Shown: positions 55,322 to 64,000 of the stretch, in pieces
How the letters are laid out: each line of letters starts with the position of its first letter
How positions within the stretch are numbered: the stretch's first letter is position 1
Origin: Enoplolaimus lenunculus
Taxonomy: Eukaryota
DNA length: 64,000 nucleotides
Assembly: GCA_030248215.1 (NCBI GenBank)
Contig: JASANG010004046.1
Coordinates: forward strand, 248,001 to 312,000
Reading direction: 5' to 3'
Program-made: the position numbers and the translations under genes
The notes under the pieces: generated by a model
Told to the model about the DNA's origin: nothing
Seen by the model: the letters and a program-made list of their open reading frames with translations, nothing else
Databases searched by the model: none

Positions 55322-56090
55322 ACGCAAGGTTTAGGCCCTGATTCAAGGTTAATAACCTCAATCAAAACCATTCCGTTCTTTAAGTTCTCCATTGTTTGAA
55401 CTTCAGAACGGTGGGAGGTATTGTTTTGTTGTCTTATTCGTTTTTGTGATTAGGTCATAAGGTTACAGTAGACGATTTATTCTTGATTTGTCAGTTGTAA
55501 ATATATTCACAAACTGGTCAAATTTAATCTTATCATGTCAAGGTTTATGTAATAAATAAGTTTAATTTCATTTTCCGTTGCCGTCTAGTTTCCAATTAAT
55601 ATTTTTAGAAATTAATTTTTGAAAATCTAAAGAATTCTAATTTTATATACAGTATTAAGCTCATGTGAATACTAAACTTCTAACAATTTAAAGCGATAGT
55701 TTATGAAATCGGTGCAAGTGCAATAGTGTTAGGGTCAATTAAAATTACGAAATCAAATTAAAAGTTTTTAAGTAGACTTGTAGATTTCATTTACCACAAG
55801 ACGGCCACAAGATAAAGTGGAGATAAAGTGGACGACGCATTTATTTTTTCGCGTTCCAAGCAGCATGTTAAGCTTATGTAAGTAGGCTTCTTTGAGACAT
55901 TGCGCAATAATTTGTTTTTGTTACGTCTCTCATGGTAAGGTTTTTGGGTATGAAATAATATCCCTCTTAAATGGTTCACTCCAGAGGGTACCACAATATA
56001 AGTTATAACTGATCAAGCGTTGTCTAAATCCTCTACTTGTCGTAGGTAATGCTTTAGCCTTAGCTTACTGCTTAAAAACTTTGCAAGCAA

Positions 56091-56295
56091 GGGCCCACGT
56101 AAAGTTCAAGGACGGAACGCTTTTCTGCAGGATTGCAATAGACTACGCATAAAGCTTTTGACTAATTTTTAGCTTACGTTTAGTGTTTAGGCTTTAGCTT
56201 ACGTTTAGTCTTTACGCTAAGGTATAAGCTCATTCTTACTCTTAGATTTAAAAATATGTTTATACTACTGTTACGGTAGCGTTCTTACATTGGCC
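56091..56295. mobile_element. Same telomere-repeat MITE family, diverged copy
   Basis: GGGCCCACGTAAAG..GGACGGAACG ... TTTAGGC-like core ... GTTCTTACATTGGCC. Confidence 0.65.
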
Positions 56296-59200
56296 AACAC
56301 AAGTATGAAACGCTGCTCAAACACAATTGTAGGCCGTTAGACCATCTCTGCATAGGTTTAGCTATTGCTTAAATTTTAAGGACATGATATATGCCGAGTG
56401 TGTTAATCTTCGCTTTAATAACTACTATTGGAGACGTGTACATAGATATTTCTTTAAGGTATGACAACAGAGCAGTCAGGTGTGATAAAATTGTTTTGGC
56501 TTAAAGTCTGCTAGACAATAATTGAAACTGATGGGCGGATGCAATTGCAAACAGCCAAGAAATTTTTCAAGCGTGTCGTCACTACAAAAATGAAGCATAA
56601 CAAAACACCCTCTATTGACAATGTAAATTCATGATGATAAAACAGGAGATAAAGTTGAGCAGAACGCATTGATGTAAAGCTCATCGGAAAATAAAAAATT
56701 TTGCTTTCGTTACAAACTTATTAATTCAAATGATGTGAATCAACGTTACCATTAGTTCGCCTTGCACATAAGTTGTCCCGATATGTGTCGTAAACACTAC
56801 AGGTTCCATTAAACGTTATTTAGGCAGGCTATTGTGTCCACTGGACGAACCATACCTAGTCGCCAGCATGCTACTGTTCAATTAGTTGTAGCTTGTCGAC
56901 AAGAGTCGACAAAAATTGAAACTGTGTGTGTGGACACGGTAGCTAGCTGATGCGTTTGTTCTCCAAATTTAGTTTCCGAACTGTATGGTGTCTGCGGAAA
57001 ACTGTTGATCCGCTACTGACAAGTTTCGTCGACCCATTGCTCTAGCATTTTCATTTCTGGTTTTACTTGCTTTGACTAATCAAATGGTGTTATTGTTGTT
57101 GCTTCGTCTTTTCATTATTACAGTGTTTCCGAATTGGTGACATCAGACCATGTACGTTCCGGTAATTTTGAAATTGACAGCTCTGGTACTCCGGATAACC
57201 GTTTAAAGGAACGTATAATTTTAGCGAGAAAAACTATGTGTAGCTAAAATTTCTGATTCAATTTGCGTTAAAATCCGGAGTTAAAGCTTGTTTCCGTTCC
57301 GGCTTTGCAAAATCCGAGCATACAAACTTGCTTAAGTCCAAATTTCAACATGATGTATTAGAAAAGTGTGCAATTGCCTCGGAATTTTGCTACCGTTCAG
57401 TTGAACCTAAGTTCAAAATTCGAAATTAGTTTATCGCGCCTTGAAAAATTTACAACTTTTGGTTTTCTACCGGGTTTAATAGTTAATGAAATTACACTAG
57501 ACACACATATTCGCAAATTGTTTTGAAATTGTAAAACTATTTTACTTTGTTAAAGTTTCCAGACAGAAATGTTTTGGATTTGACTGATCTGATATTGAAG
57601 AACTGATTTTCTAATTTTTGGACCCCTACCGAACTAGGGAGTATTCAGGTGTCTGTTTTTTCCAAATTCCCGGCCAAAATTATGCTTGTGATTTTTCCTA
57701 CCAAACCAGCGGAATTTCTAGCCGTCATACATGAATGCCAGCGCTGCACTCCTGGACATAAGTTTTCCACCTTGAAAAATGAGAATCCCCTGTGATATAC
57801 GTTGGCCCCTGTTCCTAAGGCACATTTATTAGATGTATTTAGGAAACACTGGATGTGCTTAAAAGCAACATGGACCAGACAAATATTGCTGCTAAACTCA
57901 ACGCTACAAAAACATAGAATAGTGGAATAGGGTCGTTCCCAAGGTGGAAAACCTGATAAAGATGAGCAGTGTTATTTGATAGTCGTAACTGAATATATCT
58001 CAGCATATTCCTGTTATTCCTAAGTTCATGTTTAGGCTTCCAGCGTAAAAATGAGTCTATAACTAAGCCTAAGCCTTAGCATAAAATAATAGCTTAACCC
58101 TGGCCAGGGATTGGCGGTCTCGGTTAATTAATAGTTCCTCACCGAAAAAATTATAATTCTTATATAAAGTATTTCTAATGCTTTGTTCGTAGTTTTTTTC
58201 CATGGTTTTTGTGTTTTCAGAAAATCTGCTAAAAGTTGTTGCGTAACTATGAAAATTCATATATTCACAGCGAAATTTTATTCATGAGGTATCATTTGTT
58301 AAAACAATATTAACTTCCACTTTTTACAGGTGTAGCATTTGCAGAATCATCGCCTTTTGGTCTCGGGTTCAAACCACCAAGGCTCAAAAAACTGAGACCA
58401 GCCAAATAACGACATTTGCCGAAACCGAGACTCCAATCACTGATCCTAGCCACCTCTATTTTACAGTACCTAAGGAAAACTGGATGCCCTTAAAAGTAAC
58501 AAGGCCAAACAAATATGTATTGCAACTGAACGCAACGTTACATAAACATAGAATAATGGAATTGGGTCGTTGTTAAAGTGCTAAAAATGCTTCGGCGTGA
58601 GACGTTAAGCTTTGTCACGTAAACACTTCAAATACCTTAGGTTATTTAAGGAAGAATTTTAGCTACGTTCTAGAATGGCAATCTAGTATTAGATTTGAAT
58701 TAATTATCCGGCTCCGTCCACATATTAGGTTATGCGGCTCCGGCTCCAGCATTTTTGGTATCCCGTTGCGCCCAGATATATACACACAAATGTCTAATAT
58801 TTCAGACACTGAAATATAAGACAATTTTGTCTCTGTGTAGAGCGAGGCTAAATCAGGTAGTTATAACTCTGCTATTACCAACTAGCAAGATTTTAAACTG
58901 AAACTAATGCGCGTGGAACAAAATATCTTTTAGTATGTTTTAAAATTCAATTTATATTGTTACGGTTGCGATCGTGTCCCTGACAATGTAAATGATTAGT
59001 TAATATTATTCAATAATACAAAATTTGTCTTTTAAACAGAGTTGTTTTCTCTTCATCAACAATGTATAAAATTGGTTACTACAGCTTGTTACAGGTGAAC
59101 TCCTAAAATCACATTACCTGGTGTAGCAAAGTTTATTGTTCAATTTTAAATATATACAAAAAAGCCACCTACAAACAAAGCAGTTATTTAATGGTTTATA

Positions 59201-61933
59201 AAATTGTCAAATTTAAATCCGCTATTAAAATGGTTTGGTTGGCAGGGGCTTTTTTAAACATATTATTGAATGCTTAACCAGATCCTGGAATATATCTAAC
59301 TTCAAAGTTATCATCAACCTATATATGTGCAGCATAATTTTCCGACTGCGGTCCGTCAGGTTTACGCAAAAAACAGTATCAATTTGGTTAATATAATTGT
59401 GCCGTTTTAGGCTTGGAAGGAAAGACGAAACCTTTAAGGTAAAATTCTGTTTCGATTTCTGAGTATTATTCGATGATTGAGATTTATTATCTCCTACAAG
59501 AGCACCGAATACATTTGAGAGTTTTCAATACAGGGGAGCTATGCAGGCTCTAGGCAAGTTCAACAGACCAGGGGGGGCGGAAAAATATCACGATCGGTAA
59601 GCAGGGATTACGAAAGGCTCACAATCAGGGCAAAATTTTCCGGGGGGAGACTAAATTTTTTTCATGGTGGAGCACCCACCCCTTCTGGCTACCAACAGTG
59701 GTTTAAAATAAACACAGATAGCGATCTTTTAACCATATACATTTCGTTAGCAACGAACGTTGTCTAAAAAGCTATATTCTATTTAATGTTTGGGTCTCGC
59801 TAAGTTCATGTAGATATCGGTGTAGAGTAACTAAGCTTAAACCTGATAGACAGTCCGACCGAAAATTAACAACTATTAAACTTTATCGTTTTTAAATTGT
59901 ATTTCCGAACAAAGAACGTCTGTATAGTTATTTATTATATAACGCATGTAGCTGGCATTTTTGGCTAGTACTGTAGGAGTAGTATTGCCTCTTGTACACT
60001 TTTCCGCCACATTTGACGTTAAGTTTTATGCTTACGCGTAGCCTCAGGGTTAGCCGTATATTATTCAGTGATTACTGTAGAATATACGTATGTTCTTAAT
60101 ATAAAGTCCCGTCCTTTTTTTCTTTCGATTTTCGATATTATTTGTATGAACTTCTTTGAATTTATTTTCAGTGTATTCAGCGCCGTTTATGAAACGCTGC
60201 TAAACAATACGTGATGTTTTGCACTCTATCCATAAAGCAAAATTACTAAACGTTTATTACAAAAAATACACAGATATACAGAAAGACATACACAAAGATA
60301 CAAAAAAGAAATGCAATACTACTGCAATCATGAGAAACCTTCGTTTCTTCCACATATTCTACTGTAAACTTGGACTGGGAACGAGCAGTTTTTAACTCAA
60401 TTTAACCCATTTAACAGTATGCCGACATTTTGTTGCGTATTGTGTATTACTCTACATCGCGGTGTAACCGGATATCTGTTAAAAATCGATGTCTGTTCCC
60501 GTTAATACAGAAACACTGAATATTTGTGTTTTTAATGCTCAAAATTAGTTTACAACTCACGTGTATAAATTTTGCAATTTTTCACTGCAGATGTGCTGCT
60601 TAGGATATTTGGGTGCAATGGCAATAACGTCCTACGAATATTTGTATGCCTCATTTGTATTGGTAGAAAAGAACACATTTGAAACTTTTATGGTTTAAAT
60701 TTTTGTTTCCTATTTTCATTTCTGTTATATTAATTTACTATCCGTTTTCTTTACCTTTACTGAGCAAGATACCAGCGCTTTGCATTAATTTTTGTTTCGT
60801 TTGTAAATTTCAAAGCGTAACTTTGCTGGGTTATCAGGAGTATCTACGACAGCGACATTCTTATGGGTTTTTGGGGTGTCGCTGACACCCCAGACACCCT
60901 GTTCCCGCTTGCCCAATATTTTTACAATACTCACTCTACACATAAGTTGCCATCGAATCACACATAGCTACTTTGAGACGCTGTAGAAGTCACAAGTAAT
61001 TTAAAATTCATAGATCAAAACTTTACTTCCGGGTCCAAAAGTTTAGGAACACAGATTTGTTGGAATGAAATTTCACTTGCAATTTGTTGAGCATTATTTT
61101 AACAACCGTCTATAAATGGATTTTTTAAATTTAAATGTATTTGTATATATTATATATACACTGAAGGAAATAATTATATATCCGCGAAGCTGAAGATTAG
61201 GTAAATAAAAAATTTGGAACATTTTATCGTCTTAAACGGCCTAGCTTTATCGCGATTTACCGCTCAACAAACAGTTAAAATATTGAGTTTAGACTTGAAT
61301 CTAATTTCAAACACGGTGTCGGTGATTTTATTAATATATTTCAGTGTGTCTCTACCTATATAAGGATGATTTTATTTCCCCCCATACGAAAATACGATTC
61401 CTGAAACCTGTGAAGAAAAAAGATAACTAAAAACGAAAAACATTTTTCAAAACGGTAAGTTTTGTATTACCTTCGATTTGATTCGATGAATCGAGTAGAT
61501 CTCAGCTGGTTTCTTAATTGTGTATTTAACCTGTTTGTTACGAGTCGATTATAAAGTCTTGCGACTTTAGAATGAGTGACTCAAAAATTGAACAAATTTT
61601 AACACATTTCCACTGAGGGAAGGAGACGTTAGTTTAAAAATTTTTTACACTTTTTGAACGCCATCAGCATACATTTCGTTATATTTAGATTTGCAAATTG
61701 CACTAAAGGCATAAATTTTTGAATTTCAATTTGGCAAGAAAACGTACTATAAAAGTTTCAGTTGAATAGGGAACATCTTGAAAGCTGTTTCCAAAGTAAA
61801 ATTCCTGTTTACGCTATTAAAGCTGAAGTCAAAGTTATAAATACGTTTCCGAAATGAAATTTTGGCTAACATGCATGCTATCTTGTGTGTTTATTTTGTA
61901 GCGCTTTGAGCAACGAGCGAGCGGCGGTTCAAC

Positions 61934-62518
61934 ATGGGAGTCGGACGGATTTTGGTTGATTTCGCTGGATGGACATCAGCGCACGGCATTCCACATATTG
62001 GCTCTGCGCAAAACAATTGTCTTCGGTTGTTTTGGACGGTGATGTTTGTTGCGTCAACGTCAATGTTTACATTTCAAATGGTGTTGCTGATACAAAAGTA
62101 TACATCGTACGATGTCACCGTCCAAACGGAGGCAAGCAAATTAAACAAGAGATCAACGGATGGGAGGGGCAAAATCGACTCGAATCCAGTGCAGAAAATT
62201 ATTTAACACTGTCTTTATTTTGAATCCGCTAACGCCTATATAGCTACTGTTGAAACATTGAGGGAACCGCGGCGGACTGTCAATGAAAAGTGGCCGTGGC
62301 GTTGTAATATAAGCCTTCTCACCACTGACTAGTTTTGAAAATTACAGCGCAAATTTGTAGTTTTTAAAAAAATTTTTAATTTTACCAGGATTTAGTTGAA
62401 ATTCAAATTATTTTTTCAGCTAAAATTTGAAGAACGTGAGTTTCCAGCAGTCACAATGTGCAACTTAAATCCGTTCAAAAACGAAACGCTGCATCTCAAC
62501 GATGATATGTTTGATTTG
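61934..62518 (+). CDS. DEG/ENaC (amiloride-sensitive sodium channel/degenerin) subunit, 5' exons only; the gene presumably continues beyond the window
   Basis: Exon 61934-62131 encodes the conserved pre-TM1 HG motif (FAGWTSAHGIPHI) and TM1 (RLFWTVMFVASTSMFTFQMVLLIQKY). Exon 62420-62518 (TTTTTTCAG acceptor, GTAAGG donor) encodes the post-TM1 signature LKFEEREFPAVTMCNLNPFK. Confidence 0.92.
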
Positions 62519-63237
62519 GTAAGGGTCAAGCATTGAGTATATAAGATTTATATACCAGATGTTGTGGAACTTTCACAATTGTCAAATATGCTCGCAGTGT
62601 AAAATATCTTTAGCACAAAAATTACGAAATTCATCTAAAACATTAAAGTTTTACTCCATCCGCAATTTTTTCTTTAAAAATTTAAAAAACCGATCAATGT
62701 TTGCATGCCTCAGTTGTGTTGGTACCAGTTAGCTATAATTTTTGAATCATATAAACTATTGTATCTCCGAACAAAAATTTTCATTCTTGCAAAAGTCTTG
62801 CGACGCAGAAAACGTGTGGAGTTCAATAACTCTCGAAGCCCATGTTAACAATAAGGGTCTGTCCGCTAAGCCTAAGTGTAATCCAAAAAGTAAACCTAAG
62901 TATAAACCAAAGTCTAAATATCAGTCTAATCCTTAGGAAAGCCTCAGTCTAAGCCTCCCATTCTCTATGCTCATCGGTTTCAATGTCTCCTTAATGGGTA
63001 AGCCCCAGTAATTAATGTGATATTTGCAATTAAATTGCCGAACTTGAAAGTAATCTGTATTTTTCAAATTTCAATATAATATTACGTCATGTCTTGCCTA
63101 AATGAACCCGAAAACTGAAAAATGTAATGTAATGCTTGCCCAAATTATGACGTTATTATTTGGTAACCATATTTATTAAAGGAAAAAATTTTCACTTTCA
63201 GTCTTGAAAATATATTTCGTTAAGTTTAATTGGATGG

Positions 63238-63432
63238 CAGTGTCGCATCCAAAATTTTTAATGGTGGCAAAAGAACTCGCGAACAAAGCGAACGCGAAAC
63301 CAAGTTCCATTTTAGCACTAAACCTTAATAAAAATTCCGTTTTAGCACTAAACCTTAATACAAAATCTTGATGTTGATCCCAGCTGCAGGGCGTCGGCCG
63401 GGTATTCGTGGCACCTTCTTCTCATCCGCCAG
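63238..63432. mobile_element. hAT-like MITE remnant, probably in a DEG/ENaC intron, with an internal ~30-bp tandem duplication
   Basis: CAGTGTCGCATCC ... CATCCGCCAGTG; TTTTAGCACTAAACCTTAATA occurs twice. Confidence 0.5.
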
Positions 63433-64000
63433 TGCTGGATGGAAACATATGAGTTTTGCAACGGCTGTGAAACAATGAACTTTTTAACAAGAAACACAAC
63501 ACCAGACACAAGGATAATGAAAGGCCAGGGTAAAGGGCTTCAGTTCACCCAAAACCGCTCTGGCTTCCCAGAAAAGGTTTGCTACCGCTGGCAAAGTTAT
63601 GATGTTTCCCGCATGCAACCTGGAGTTTTGTGGTGAACAATGTAAACTGACCGATATTAATGTCAGCTTACCATTAGGCAAATCGATTATTACCATGTTC
63701 AATGGTTACTAATCACCATCAAAAGCATAGCGACCAAAGGATATGGCTTAAAAGTTTACAAAACTGATCTATTTCCAAGCATTTCTATGAGACAATAAGT
63801 TAAGCTATGACAAATAATCGTAGGTATTCACACAGGGCTATCAGGCATCGCCTACCCGTCAACGATTGTTTATTAACATTAAATACTGTCATTGTGAATC
63901 CGTTTTATCCCCTGCCGAGGTTTGTTGCCTCAACGCACCTCTTAATCGGAAAGGTCTTAGAAAAATGTTCACTTTTCAACGAACAAAATTTAGGTTTTCA

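Noticed and set aside
61345..61454. Coding first exon of DEG/ENaC (TTTCAG acceptor, GTAAGT donor)
   Set aside because: All three frames contain stops; at most it is a 5' UTR exon.

Overview
AT-rich eukaryotic (animal) genomic DNA, most likely from a nematode: there are TTAGGC telomere-type repeats, TTTCAG-like acceptors and a DEG/ENaC gene. The species cannot be determined from sequence alone. I reconstructed three spliced protein-coding genes by hand. (1) A 13-exon, ~1566-aa C2H2 zinc-finger gene on + (12705-27579), with 12 dispersed fingers that all have H-X4-H spacing. (2) A complete 8-exon GOLPH3/Vps74 orthologue on - (45472-39645, 284 aa). (3) The 5' part of a DEG/ENaC channel gene on + (61934 onward, presumably continuing beyond the window). 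The rest is dense with non-autonomous DNA transposons: hAT-like MITEs with 8-bp TSDs, a piggyBac-like MITE carrying a tRNA-derived Pol III promoter cassette, MITEs carrying telomere-like repeats, foldbacks and a DINE/Helentron-like element. It also holds a decayed Ginger/GIN-type integrase transposon with TGT termini, a perfect 26-bp minisatellite and a GGGACAGTT satellite. Most ORFs in the supplied track are spurious. No prokaryote-type system (CRISPR, operons) is present. All gene models and family assignments are manual and were not checked against databases.
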